This document shows positions 12,830 to 25,700 of a stretch of 59,810 nt of DNA, piece by piece. A model generated the notes under the pieces. That model was given only the letters and a program-made list of their open reading frames with translations. It had not been told where the DNA came from and did not search any database. Source of the DNA: Octopus bimaculoides (taxonomy: Eukaryota); assembly GCF_001194135.2 (NCBI RefSeq), contig NC_068982.1, forward strand, positions 85,495,028 through 85,554,837. The letters are read 5' to 3'. Made by a program: the position numbers and the translations under genes. The first letter of the stretch is position 1, and each line of letters opens with the position of its first letter.

Positions 12830-14720
12830 TGTTTTCCTGTCAGAGTGTGTGATAGGATTGTTAAGCTAAGATTAGTGTTAGATTATATTACTGTAAAATT
12901 TATCTTAACATGTGTTCCACAAGCTCAACTGGCAGATGAACAGGACTGTTTCTATGAGTTCTTTCTTCCGATCACCTTGATGATGAACAACAAATACTTT
13001 ATTTTTGTGGCTGTTGATTTCAATGGATATGTTGGGTAGTACTCCAGTGTGTATATAAAGGTTTTGGTTTCGGTTCCAGAAATGAGGAGGTAACAAAGCC
13101 ACTGACTTGTTGATCTGCAACATTAACTTCAGAAACCTCCCAGCCACTTGACCACCTTTGAATCTGATATGCACATGAATCAGACTAACTACATTCTCAC
13201 CAGAAAACAAGATAGGCAGATGCTTATAAATACAAAGTTCTTTTCTGGTGCAGAATGTACAACCCAGTATAGGTTAGTAGTTAGTCACTTCAGTCTTGGA
13301 GATCCAAATCAATCTGAAAAAGACTGGAAGCTTAGGGATCTTTCAAACAGTCTGAGATTTGGAGATGTGCTAATTAAAGTGTTTGACAAAAGAGAGGAGA
13401 TAGAAATCTATAACATACAGGACAATTGGAAGTTCTGTCAAGACTACATCCTGAGGGATACGCACCACATCTGTGGCTGGTGAAAAATTCCAGCTAGGCC
13501 AAGGGTGACATAGTGGTGGAAGAAGGAAGTCAGCAGAGACATGAAAGTGAAGAGGCTGGCTTGGAAAGTTTTGTAGAATGAAGGTAGCAAAGAATTTCAC
13601 CTGGTAGTTAGGAGAAAAACGAGGAGATAAGTTTATTTAGCAAGAGGAGAAGCAGAAAAGAAGAAATTTTCCAGTATTAAGATCAAAGGCATGAGGTATT
13701 CCAGATTGCAAGGCAATGTATCAGAGAAAATTGAGATGTTGTGGGAGAGAAGTGTGTGCTGCAGGATAATGTCGTGCTTGCACTTTGTGATTCTGAAAAG
13801 AAAGGGACATGAAGGCGCTATTATGAAAAACTACTAAATGTTGAGAATGAATGGGAAGAAGAAAATCTTTCTAATGTGAACCTGACAGAGGTTCCAACCA
13901 TTCTTGTAGTTGACAATGTTAAAGATAAAATAATTAAGAATATGAAGACAGGGAAAGCCCTTAGTCCTTAGGAATTACTGCTGAAATGCTTAAATTATCT
14001 GGCGGAGTAGGATATTGTCTAGTTACCCATATACTTAATCAGGTTGTACAGGAAGGTATCATACCAAACAATTGGTGTGGCAACATCATAGTCAACTGTT
14101 ACAAAGGTAAAGATGCCTTAGAGAGAAGTAAGTATAGCGGTATAAAATTACTTAACCAGGTTATGAAAGTCACCGAAAGAGTCAAGGTTAATTAATTAAA
14201 ATGAGAATTAACTTAAATGGAATGCAATTTGGTTCTGTGCTGGGGAGAAGTACTCCTGATGTTCCCTTTATAGTTCGGCATTTCCAGGGGAAATATTTAG
14301 TAAAAAATGAACCACTGTACTTAGCATTTGTTAGCCTGAAGAAAGCTTAAGACAGGATGCCTCACTCCCTTACCTGTGTCACTACAGAAGCTAGAAGTAT
14401 ATGTGTAGCTAGTGAGAACTGTTCAAATCATTTACAGGGATGTTGTCAGCAAAATCAGAGTTAACAATGAGTACAGTGGTGAATTTAGTGTGCAGGTAAG
14501 AATTCATTAGGATTTGGTCATCAGTCCCTTTCTATTTATTATAGTCCTCCAGGCCTTTAACTGAGGAATTTGGGGCTGGTTACCCACGGGAACTCTTCTA
14601 TGCTGATGACCTTATTCTTATAGCTGAAACTGTAATAAAATTAGAAATTAAATTCTAGCTGTAGAAGCAAAACCTTGAATCACAGGGTCTTAAATTAACT
14701 TAGCCAAAGTTCTAGTACAT
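12830..14720 (+). mobile_element. Decayed RTE LINE (APE + RT)
   Basis: RVCDRIVKLRLVL (APE), KYSGIKLLNQVMKV, YADDL. Confidence 0.85.
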
Positions 14721-14749
14721 ATATAGTTGTATAAATATCTACTGTGTAT

Positions 14750-16010
14750 GGAAGCAGGAGGGTATAAAATTATATGAACCTAGCATTATTGATCTTGGCA
14801 AGGATATCTGGGGAATAGTCAATATCCAAACCAGTCAGTATATTAAGGAATTAATGGTTAGGTGTAATAAAGTGTGATAAAAATAGTGATTGTACCAGAT
14901 ATTCCATATTGCCTTTATTATTAACATAGCTTAGGTATATAAAAGTGGTTGATAGGATTACAGAAGTAGGATTATGCACAAATTCAGCAAAAGGAGCAGG
15001 GGTTCATATCTAAAATGTAGTTTTCAATTAGTGTATGTTAACTTGAGATAAGTTCATGCCTAATACTATAGTGTTGAGCTATATAGCAGCAGCTAACTAG
15101 TATACTTTATCATATTCATGGTTATAACTAATATTGTATTAACATAGCATCCTTTTCTTCTTGTATTTGCAGTAAATCCTCAGTTCTTTTTGCTTATTTA
15201 GTAAATTCCTAGTGTTGGCTTTAAGAATCTGTAACTTCTGTCTGTCATACAGCCCTCAGAGAAGCCTTCCCATCCTGATTCGACAAGGAAGGGCCAACCA
15301 TTTCAAATTATAGTTCACAGTTCTAGCTTCCAAATTATAGATGTACTCTTTTGGGGAAGTTGAGAACTTGAGTTTGAGAAGAAATGTCTATGCATTGAGA
15401 GGTGCTGCTTCTCAAGGTTTATAGCTTCAATATAGTATTTACCTTCATTCTGGGTCTCTACCACACATTTGTACTCTATGTTACTTTGTATGTAGTTTCT
15501 TGGGGAATTCAATGGAAGTTCTGAAATTAATCTGTACGAAGAAGGATTAAGGTAATCTGATGTATTTAATTACTTTATTCCCAGTGAAGTTCAGCAGTGT
15601 ACTGGATTCATTGGTATTTTCTAAGAAATCCATTTCAGTTCCACTTATATCAGTGATGTTACCTGTATGACCCCTATTTTGTGTTCCTATTCCTGTTTAC
15701 TTGACTTGAGATATATTTCCATGTATTCATGAAAGTGGGCACTATTTTAAATGTCATTTCAAGGGGAACCTACTCTTAAGGTATTCCCATAGTAACCAGG
15801 TTTTGTTATGGAGATTACACTTACATCATATCTATTGTGTTTGAGTCAATTAGAAATAGTGGCAGAGTATAACAACTTTATAGTATTGGATTGTCAGATA
15901 AATTCATTCATTTCTTTTTTATTTCAATCCTTACTTTTCATCAACAATTTTAACAAATCAGTCAATATGGTCTCCTTTGTCATTCATGACCATTTGCCTG
16001 TGTTCCACTA
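14750..16010 (-). mobile_element. Decayed Penelope-like element (RT + GIY-YIG end)
   Basis: ORF 15315-15512 (YKCVVETQNEGKYYI...STSIIWKL) resembles the PLE GIY-YIG end; RT-like remnants lie upstream. Confidence 0.6.
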
Positions 16011-16029
16011 GTCTGCCAATGCCTTGATA

Positions 16030-17760
16030 GTAGAAATCATTAGATCTTGACTTGAAGAATTCATTGAGCCACATTTTCAGCTCCACATCATTGTGGAACA
16101 AAACACCTCACAGACTGTTGGGGAACAACCAGAAAAGTTGATAATCTGATGGTGATATATCAGAAGAATGCAGTGGGTACAGTAGAACTTGCCAACATTT
16201 TTTGTCAAATTAGTGAGGAGATCATAAGTATTGTTGTGTTCAAGAAACACACAGTGTCACCAGGCTGATCATTTCAGCTGGATTGCTTCATTGAATCATC
16301 AAGTGAAGGTGATGGGCAAGAGTATCATCAGAGAATCCCATCTGCTGGGCCAATTTGCAAGTAGATTGGTACAGATCCTTGAGGATGAGATCATCCAATC
16401 AATCCTCATTGAACTGTACAGCTCAGCTCAAATGAAGAGTCCCCTTCTTTGAAACATGAAAACCATTTCTGTGTAGTTCTTTCAGTAAAAATGCCTTCTC
16501 TGTACAAAGCACAAATGTCTCAAGTGATTTTAGCAGCTTTGGAACCTTGATTGAAAGTGAAGAGAACCAGGTGTTGAAAATGCTCATTTTTCTACTTGGC
16601 TCTCTAAAGAGATAAAATTTTTCAGATTTCAAAATAATGGACAAAAGTTGTTGAGGAAGAATAGACCTACAAAATCCCTAAAACACTATTATAGAAACAT
16701 TTTTCATCATAATTCAAATAACAATGGAAAGTCAATAAATGAATTTTTGGTCACCACATGGGCTGGATGTGCACGTCAAGTTTTGCAAGGATGAGTCTGT
16801 GATCTGTCCAGACTTCAGCACCACACATGGCCTTTGTCACCCTAACATCCCACCTGTCCTGTCTCCTGACTGACGTAGATGCTTCTAGGACATCTTTTGC
16901 AGTTGGACTGGTAAAACACTGTGTTGGTGATCAGCAGGTCAGGCACTGCACTTCAACAGTATATGACTACTGCTGTAGCCCTTACCAACTCCATTTCTCC
17001 TAATGACTCCCTCCCATGTCTGGTAGTGTGTATCATCACTGCCATTGAAGTTGCTGAGAATGATGAGCTTTTCCTCCTGAGGCACAGCTGTTATGAGGAC
17101 TTCCAAGGTCTTCATAAAACTTGTCTTTGACCTCCTCAGGGTTAGTCATGGTAGGAACATAAACTTTGATGATGGTGGCATAGTACTTTACTCTAAGGAG
17201 AGCGGCAGAGACATCAGTCAGTCATTCAGTCCTTTGGGGAGGCTGGTTAGCTTACTGATCAGATTAGATCTGATTTCAAAACCCATTTCTATTTCATGAT
17301 GTTCATCACCATTGCAGTCATTCCAGAAAGAATCTTGCTCAGAATTACAATGTGATGCTGTACTCACAAAGTTCTCTTGTAACAAGTGCTGTCTATCTCT
17401 CAGCTTTGGAGCTGCCCATGAGTGTTCACACATTCCATGTGCCAATGATAAGCGATGTCACCAATGTTTTCATCTTGATGTTTCAACCATATGGTTGGGA
17501 TCCCTGCCTACTGCAGTATGCTGGAGGTGATGAGAGCAATCCTAAAGAGAGCTGCTCAGACACCCAGAGACCTGCCAAGCTCCATTCCTGCTTCAGTAAG
17601 TGAAGAACAACCCTATGCCCTCAGCTGCCTGTGTGTAGGCTTGTGACTACAGGTTACAGTGCATCCATGCCTGATGTTTTGTCATTTGTCCATTTCCACA
17701 GGATGTGAAGGTGGGTCTGGGTGGTATAATCTCTTGACTTGCATGTGACATGGATGAAAG
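16030..17760 (-). mobile_element. Decayed RTE/BovB-like LINE (second family; APE to RT N-terminus)
   Basis: Broken minus-strand frames with APE-like segments, similar in organisation to the 22750-26279 element. Confidence 0.6.
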
Positions 17761-18249
17761 TGAGGGAGGATTGCACAATGTCATCTGCCTTACTCTCTTT
17801 TCTTTAAGTAATTCCAGTGGCAGGACAAAGTCAAGATGACTAGAAATAAGTTGGGATGCAGTGGACTTCTGCGGTGTCCTTCATGTCTCACTGTGCCCTA
17901 TTTGTGCTCTATTTGGTAGTTTCTTCCTCATGGTCTACTGGGTCCAGTTTTAACATGCGTAGGTAGACAAATCCTAAACCACCAAAGATTTAAAAATCAT
18001 TGGCTACCTTCACCATGTCTTTGCCTGTATGTGGTCACTGTTGCATGCAAATAGCTTCAAGCAGACACAGGTAGCAAACAAGATGTCAGGTGAGGACCAA
18101 AGCGGATGAAGTACAATGCAGCAAATTGTCTATTAACATGATCCTTTCTGCTTTACAGTATAAGACTAAATAGCTTCTACACTTCTATATTTAAGAGATG
18201 AGGGATTATTTACATTATTTACATTATTATTTGTATAACCTACCCATGC

Positions 18250-18540
18250 AGCTGTGGTAGGTTATACAAAGGCGAAACATGTCGCCCCCTCAAAATAAGG
18301 GTAGAAGAACATCGCAAAGCTGTGACACGAGGAGATATTGATAAATCGGGTATAGCTGATCATGTATGGCAAAATGGAGACCACCTCCCCCTGTGGGATG
18401 AAGTTAAAATAATAGACAGGGAACAACACTGGAAAATACGAAAACTAAAGCAGCAGCACATATGCTAGGACACAACAACCTCCTAAGCAGACTGAGTGCA
18501 GATATGAATAGCATATGGGAACCGGTATTGAGGAAGGATA
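18250..18540 (+). mobile_element. Penelope-like GIY-YIG endonuclease C-terminal fragment
   Basis: CGRLYKGETCRPLKIRVEEHRKAVTRGDIDKSGIADHVWQNGDHLPLWDEVKIIDREQHWKIRKLK. Confidence 0.85.
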
Positions 18541-18580
18541 GAAAAATAATAGATTTATAAGCCTTAAAATTTACTCCATA

Positions 18581-18817
18581 ATTGCCCACGGGCATATGGC
18601 GTAGTGGTTAAGAGCGTGGGCTACTAACCCCAAGATTCCGAGTTCGATTCACGGCAGCGACCTGATTAATAATAGTAATAATAATAATAATATAATAATA
18701 GTAACATCGTTAGGAATGAGAACCCAGGTTCGAAATTTCCCCAAGACACCTGACGAAACGTTGTGTTAACAACAAACAAGATGAAGACAAATGTCTGTCA
18801 AATGTAAATAATGTAAA
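18581..18817 (+). mobile_element. tRNA-headed SINE-like unit with (AAT)n linker and hammerhead tail
   Basis: A box TGGCGTAGTGG, B box GTTCGATTC, anticodon-like loop CTACTAA, then (AAT)n, then GACAC-CTGACGA...AACGTT-GTGTT. Colinear with the reverse complement of 42887-43177. Confidence 0.85.
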
Positions 18818-18829
18818 TAGCTTCTGTTC

Positions 18830-19480
18830 AGTTTTTAGCACTTTGTCTCACGTCTTTCTTGATCTTCCATTTACTTTGAATGTGCAGCACTTTTTTTATT
18901 ACAGCTATCAGCCTCCATGTGCCTGACATACCCATAACAGCACAGTCTTCTCTTTTGCATACTACAACTGATTCCTCTTATGTTCACTTTTCCCCTCAGC
19001 TCATTAATACTGATCATGCACACTAACATTGTACATCTAGCAAAGCATGTTTACTTTGTTTCTAGTCTTTGTGAATCTTCTGCATGCAAAGTCCATCTTG
19101 CTTCAATGCAGCATCCCACTTCATATACACACACATCCCAGAATCTGCTCATTATTCTGACAAGAGGCCTTTTCTTGTCAGTTCACTGAACTTTTTTTGA
19201 TCTGTTGTTATTCAGGCTACTACACTTTGCTTTCACTGCTAATTAGATCACTGAAGTAGTAGAAGATATCAACTATTTTCAAGGAACTTTCTGAGCTCCT
19301 GGTGTTTACAGTCTCTATACATGTCATAAAGGAAGTTTGTCTTTTATGATCCCATTTTATCTCTTGTGTGTCCATAGTTTACACTTAGTATGTAATGTGA
19401 AATTTCTACCTACTATTTTTGTGCATAATATTTATGATTAATTTCCTGATGGTAACGGGGTCCTATCTTTTCACCTACTT
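18830..19480 (-). mobile_element. Old RTE LINE 3' ORF fragment
   Basis: Reverse-complement similarity to the RTE C-terminal coding region (e.g. 9050-9350). Confidence 0.6.
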
Positions 19481-20279
19481 ACTAGTACTCTAAGCTTTGC
19501 TAAGTTAACTTTGTGGCCTTACATTTCTAAGTTTTATTCCATTCATGGGTATCTGATCTTAAGTTCTTGTTATAGCTTGGAGGACTATAATGAACAGGAG
19601 GGGATTGGGGACAGATACCTGATGAACCCCTACCTGATAACTAAATTCATTGTTGAACTCATTTCTCACTTTCACTTTTTTGGTAGCATCTCTGTATGTG
19701 GTTTATGTGGCTCTTGCAAATCATTCATCTAGTCCTAGTCTCCTCAGCTACCACTAAATCACAGTGCAGAGAGCCTTGTCTACAAACGCTAGGTGACTCT
19801 TGTAGTAGCTGACTCTTGGCTAGGTGCTCTTCCTACAGGTGTCACACTAGGAAGAGAGCATCAACAGTTCCCCTCCTAATTGCAAAGTCAAACTACATTT
19901 CATTTACTTCTCATCCTAATGAAAATAGCTACAAGTCTTTCAGTGATTTTCATGACTTGCTCCAACAGTTTGTATCTGTGTAATTTCTTCTCTCTAATGT
20001 ATATCCTCTGTGTGTGTGTGTGTGTGTGTGTGTGAGTGTGCGTGCGTGCGTGTGCGTGCGTGCTTGCTTCAATATATATTTATATTTCTTCAAGCTACAT
20101 TATCCACTATCTTTTTTTAAGAAGTCAGTGAGTGATGTAAATGTGATATGGCTTCTGGTATTTGTAACAGGTTGAACATCAATTAAATGGTGATGATGTC
20201 TCCTTTTTACACTATTAAAGGAAATATTTGACACATTTAATGGTATAGTATCCTAATGGTATAATGTTTTTATTTTCAG

Positions 20280-20339
20280 ATCCTAGAAAAATGGTATGAA
20301 ACTTTGAAACAAGAGAATCACAATACAAAATTGACTGAG
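20280..20339 (+). CDS. MAP3K5: 60-nt phase 0/0 exon of ASK-family MAP3K
   Basis: Acceptor ttttattttcag|, donor GAG|gtaagt. Encodes ILEKWYETLKQENHNTKLTE, in frame after ...DHTE, and corresponds to ASK1 IVRNLMESLAQGAEEPKLKW. Confidence 0.85.
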
Positions 20340-20513
20340 GTAAGTCACAAACCAAAATAAATAAACTGTGTTTGAGGGATAGGTACACACACACACACAC
20401 ACACACACATGCGTGTTTGTCTAGAGATGTGTTTGTATACACACCTTTGAGTTTGTGACTGCATATATGTGTGTGCATGTGCATGCTATGTGTGTAATAT
20501 ATATATATATATA

Positions 20514-20604
20514 CTAGCAGAAATACCCGGCGTTGCCCAGGTTAAAGAGAATAATGAAATCTAAAAACGCCGTCTAGACTACGCATCATCTTTATATATA
20601 GAGA
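20514..20604 (-). mobile_element. 91-bp non-autonomous Helitron
   Basis: Minus strand A|TCTCTATATATAAAG...CCTGG GCAACG CCGGG TATTTCTG CTAG|T: 5' TC, subterminal hairpin, 3' CTAG, A|T insertion site. Confidence 0.7.
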
Positions 20605-21649
20605 TGTATATACACACACGCACCCAAACACACGTATATATATGTATATCAATATAAATATATGAAAGTCAATGAAGTTTCGTAAAAGAAGGTGATCATG
20701 TACATACTTTCTTGCTGTTGTGATTATAACACCTCATTGTAAACTATGTTCCTTGTTTTCCCTTGTGGAGCATATACAAATAGGTTTTTTGTTGCTGCCC
20801 ACTCTTGAGCAGCCAACATACNNNNNNNNNNNNNNNNNNNNNNNNNNNNNNNNNNNNNNNNNNNNNNNNNNNNNNNNNNNNNNNNNNNNNNNNNNNNNNN
20901 NNNNNNNNNNNNNNNNNNNNNNNNNNNNNNNNNNNNNNNNNNNNNNNNNNNNNNNNNNNNNNNNNNNNNNNNNNNNNNNNNNNNNNNNNNNNNNNNNNNN
21001 NNNNNNNNNNNNNNNNNNNNNNNNNNNNNNNNNNNNNNNNNNNNNNNNNNNNNNNNNNNNNNNNNNNNNNNNNNNNNNNNNNNNNNNNNNNNNNNNNNNN
21101 NNNNNNNNNNNNNNNNNNNNNNNNNNNNNNNNNNNNNNNNNNNNNNNNNNNNNNNNNNNNNNNNNNNNNNNNNNNNNNNNNNNNNNNNNNNNNNNNNNNN
21201 NNNNNNNNNNNNNNNNNNNNNNNNNNNNNNNNNNNNNNNNNNNNNNNNNNNNNNNNNNNNNNNNNNNNNNNNNNNNNNNNNNNNNNNNNNNNNNNNNNNN
21301 NNNNNNNNNNNNNNNNNNNNNNNNNNNNNNNNNNNNNNNNNNNNNNNNNNNNNNNNNNNNNNNNNNNNNNNNNNNNNNNNNNNNNNNNNNNNNNNNNNNN
21401 NNNNNNNNNNNNNNNNNNNNNNNNNNNNNNNNNNNNNNNNNNNNNNNNNNNNNNNNNNNNNNNNNNNNNNNNNNNNNNNNNNNNNNNNNNNNNNNNNNNN
21501 NNNNNNNNNNNNNNNNNNNNNNNNNNNNNNNNNNNNNNNNNNNNNNNNNNNNNNNNNNNNNNNNNNNNNNNNNNNNNNNNNNNNNNNNNNNNNNNNNNNN
21601 NNNNNNNNNNNNNNNNNNNNNNNNNNNNNNNNNNNNNNNNNNNNNNNNN

Positions 21650-21929
21650 AGTTAGTGGAATAGTTTCATTTTTAAAGTGAAAGTATTTGACATGAGTGTT
21701 TTTGTTTCACTTTTGACACGTAATACTTAAATAGTGGAGGAGATATTATGTTGCCGTGTGCTCGAACTCTGCAAGAAGTTAATAATTTTTTTTGACTAAA
21801 ACACAACTGGAACCCTAAGTAAGGCATGTGTAAAATTTGAATGAAATTGGTTGCGTAGTTCTCGAGTTTTAGGGATTCACACAGACAGACAGACAGACAG
21901 ACACACATTCTCATTTTTATATATATAGA
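21650..21929 (-). mobile_element. 5' part of a non-autonomous Helitron (rest probably in the gap)
   Basis: Minus strand A|TCTATATATATAAAAATGAGAATGTGTGTC(TGTC)n, a typical Helitron-N 5' end with microsatellite. Confidence 0.65.
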
Positions 21930-22749
21930 TATATATATATATATGAATGATAGGATTGCTCCAATATTTCAGGGGTAGTCTGAAGTATCTAAGCAACCAG
22001 GGGATAGTTAAATCCATAGGCACATAATCTCCACAATTGACTTGCTTCTTCTTGTGTTTGTTTCTCCATTCTCCACTTAATTATATATATATATATATAT
22101 ATGATGATGATATATATATACTACTAATATTTCTTTTCTAGATACATGACTGAGTCAGCTATAAGAGCTAGGTAATCAACATATAGAAATTTCCATGTAT
22201 ATATGTATATACTTATATATATTTTTATTTGTATTATGTATTTATATTTTTTTATTTTGTGCAGTGTGTGTGATGGTGTGTATTCATTATTACTAACTTT
22301 GTGGCTGTTAATGTTTGTCTGTGTGTGTGTCGGTGTGAGTGCATGTAAAACCCCTACGATGGGCAGATAGTAGCTCTTTAGTCTTGGATGATAAGCTATT
22401 GAGGAGAAGGATACTCTGAAATTAAACCTGCATTCTCAAAGAGCATCCATTGATGAGGATCTTTACTTAAATTGTATGGTTGTCTTCTTTAGTCCATCCA
22501 CTCATCTGTCCAATCCAAATTTTTGATTTTCTGCTGAAATTCTACTCTTACTGTTTTATCCTTAAGGAGATTCACATTCAGACATTTAGGGATACCAGTG
22601 CCACTTTGTCTACTTTTTTTCTCTTTATGGGTTATGGTTTTGGTACTTAGAGAGTGGGATTGGGTTAGTGTAAGCTCTCTCCTCACTTTAAAAAGTTTCT
22701 GGCATCGGTATTGCTTGAGCAAATTTTGCTGAAGTTACACGAGTTCAAT

Positions 22750-25700
22750 GAATGGGGCTGGTCGTAGCCCGAAAAAAGGTTTAAATACAATTATGAGATC
22801 CATAAACTATGAAAATGTAAATGGCGAAAAGTGCTTGGGATCCAGAGGTGAACAGGTCTGGCCCAGCAGGTGCCCCAGGGTATCGCAGCCTGGGCTCAGT
22901 CGTCATCCTGCCACTGCATGCAGTAACAACAACAGAAAAGTTTCCATGAATATTGGATGCTGGAATGTAAGAACATTATTAGATTCAGAATCAAATAAAA
23001 GACACCCAGAGAGAAGGTCTGCTCTTATTGGTAAGGAGATGCAACACTATGCAATGGACATTGTAGCATTATCAGGGACTAGATTTTTTGGTCAAGGTAA
23101 CTTTACTGAGAAATCCAGTTGCCACACATTTTATTGGAGTGGGAAAGAAGAAAAAGGAAATTGTAAAAAGCAGGTGGTGTTGCTTTTGCTCTGAAAACCT
23201 CCTTGGTTGATAAATTAGAGGAATTGCCATACAGTGTAAATGGTAGAATGATATTGCTGAGGTTGCCTTTAAAAAAAGGTCTGTATGTAACACTTGTTAG
23301 TGTTTATGCACCAACTATGAATGCAAGTGAAAATGAAAAGCTCTCCTTTTATGATGTGCTGAAAGAAAATATCTGCAAAATTCCACACAAGGAAAAGATT
23401 ATCATATTGGGAGATTTTAATGCTAAAGTTGGTAAAGATCATGAGACATGGGGTGTGATTGGAAGACACAGGGAGTGGGAAATTGTAATAGCAGTGGCTT
23501 ACAATTGTTACAGATGTGTTCTGAGCTGAATCTATTTATTATGAGCACAACTTTTCAGCAAAAAGATAAGTTCAAAACTACATGGATGTGCCCCAGTTCA
23601 AAACAGTGGCACCTGATAGGCTATATGATAACTAGAAAGCGAAATAAAAGAAATTTCTGTATAGTGTGGGTCATGCGAAGAGCAGAATGTTGGACAGATC
23701 ATCACTTGGTTCGTGAGAAGATCAAGTTTGCAGTGAAGCCAAAAAGTAGACAAAGTGACACTGGCATTCCTAAATGTTTGAATGTGAATCTCCTTAAGGA
23801 TAAAACAGTAAGAGTAGAATTTCAGCAGAAAATCGAAAATTTGGATTGGACAGATGAGTGGATGGACTTAAGAAGACAACTATACAATTTAAGTAAAGAA
23901 AAAGAAACATCAAGATTGGTTTGATGAAAGTGATGGAAATATTCAACATTTGTTGGAAGAAAAATGAAGGGCATTACATTCATTACTAGCAAATGATTCT
24001 GACCAAAATATAGCTTTTTTCAGAGAGATACAAGCAGATGTGCAAAGAAAGATTCGAAGCATACAGAATACTCGGTAGCAGAAAAAAGCAGAAGGAATAG
24101 AGGCTGCTTCCAATGTTAAGAACACTAAGTTATTATATACTCTCCTTTGTGAGGTGTATGGGCCATCATGTCCTACTTTGGCTCATGTGAAAAAAAGGAA
24201 CGGTGTTTTATTGAGGGAGCCCAAAGAAATCTTAAATTAATGGGAGGAATATTTCAATGAACTTCTGAATTGACTATCAGTTGTTGATGGAAAAAGTATT
24301 GATATGATTCCACAGAATGTACCCATTGAGTGCTTAGATGACACCCCATCAGTGGAGGAAACAATAAAAGTAGTATCAAAGCTGAATAATGGCAAAGCAC
24401 CGGGAGTTGATAGTCTGAATGTAGATCTATTTAAGTTTGGTGGGTACTACTTGTTAGAAATGCTGACAGCAGTAATACAGAAGATATGGAAAAGTGAAGT
24501 TATGCCTGAAGACTGGAAGGATGCAGTCATGGAAGTTGTGTTCATGGGTAAGGAACAAAAGCATGAATGCAATAACTTGCACGGTATTTGTCTGCTTGCT
24601 ACAGCCAGCAGAGTATTATCATGAATAATGTTGAACTGGCTGCAGATATATGTGGCTAATGAGATTCTTCCTGAATCACAGAGTGGATTCAGAAATGGTA
24701 AGGGTACTGTTGACATGATCTTCTCTGCACAGCAGTTAAAGAAAAGTGTGTGGAACAGCAAATAGGACTTTATCAAGTATTCATTGATCTTACTAAGGCT
24801 TTTGACTCTGTCAACTGAACTGCCTTGTGGGAGATCTTGAGGAGACTTGGATGCCCAGTAAAGTTTCTCATTATTCTGAAGCTGTTTCATGATTGTATGG
24901 AGGTAAGGATCAGTATTAGTGGAAAGCTGTCGGAGCCTGTCTCTATCATGAATGGGGTAAAACAAGGTGACATACTAGCACCCACTTTCTTCACCCTCTA
25001 TTTTACTATAGTTTTTCATTTGGCTTTCAAAGGCTCCTATGAAGGCATATATATCAGATATCACACAACAGGAAAAATCTTTAACATCAGAAGAATGTCA
25101 GCTAAGTTAAGGACATCTTCAACTCTTATTAGAGACCTCCTCTATGCAGATGACTGTGATATTGTCACTCATACTGAGGAGGAAATGCAAAATCTTATGA
25201 ATGTAATTTCAGTGGCTTGTGATGCACTTGGCTTAAACATAAGTCTAACCAAAATTGTTGTCATGTTTCAGCCAGCACCAGGAATGCCATACATAGAACC
25301 GGGTACCTTCGTGTATGGAAGAAAACTCGCTGTGGTTTCTAAGTTTGTTTACTTAGGGAGCACACTAAATACATCAGTGGATCTTGATGATGAAGTGTCA
25401 CTACACATTCAGAAAGCCCATTTTGCTTTTGGGAGACTGATTATGGTCTAGACATGGTATTTCCACTTCGACAAAGATCAAGGTATACAATACATGTATC
25501 TTAACCTCTTTATTGTATGCTTGCAAAACCTGGACTGTGTATCGTAAGCACTTACAACTTATGGAACGTTTTCATCAACAGTGTCTCAGAAGAATTTTGA
25601 GGATCATCTGAAAAATGTTTGTGAGTGACGATGAGGTGCTTGAAAGAGGGAAATGCTTCAGTATTGAAGCTTTGCTATTGCAGTACAGATTGAGATGGAG

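Noticed and set aside
18590-18662. Possible functional tRNA with ACT anticodon
   Set aside because: The acceptor stem does not pair, the anticodon stem is imperfect, and it is embedded in a repeated unit. It is a SINE head.
22142-22171. Micro-exon candidate ttctag|...|gtaatc
   Set aside because: It has a stop in the phase 0 frame needed after exon 20280-20339, and the flanking exons already join without a gap.
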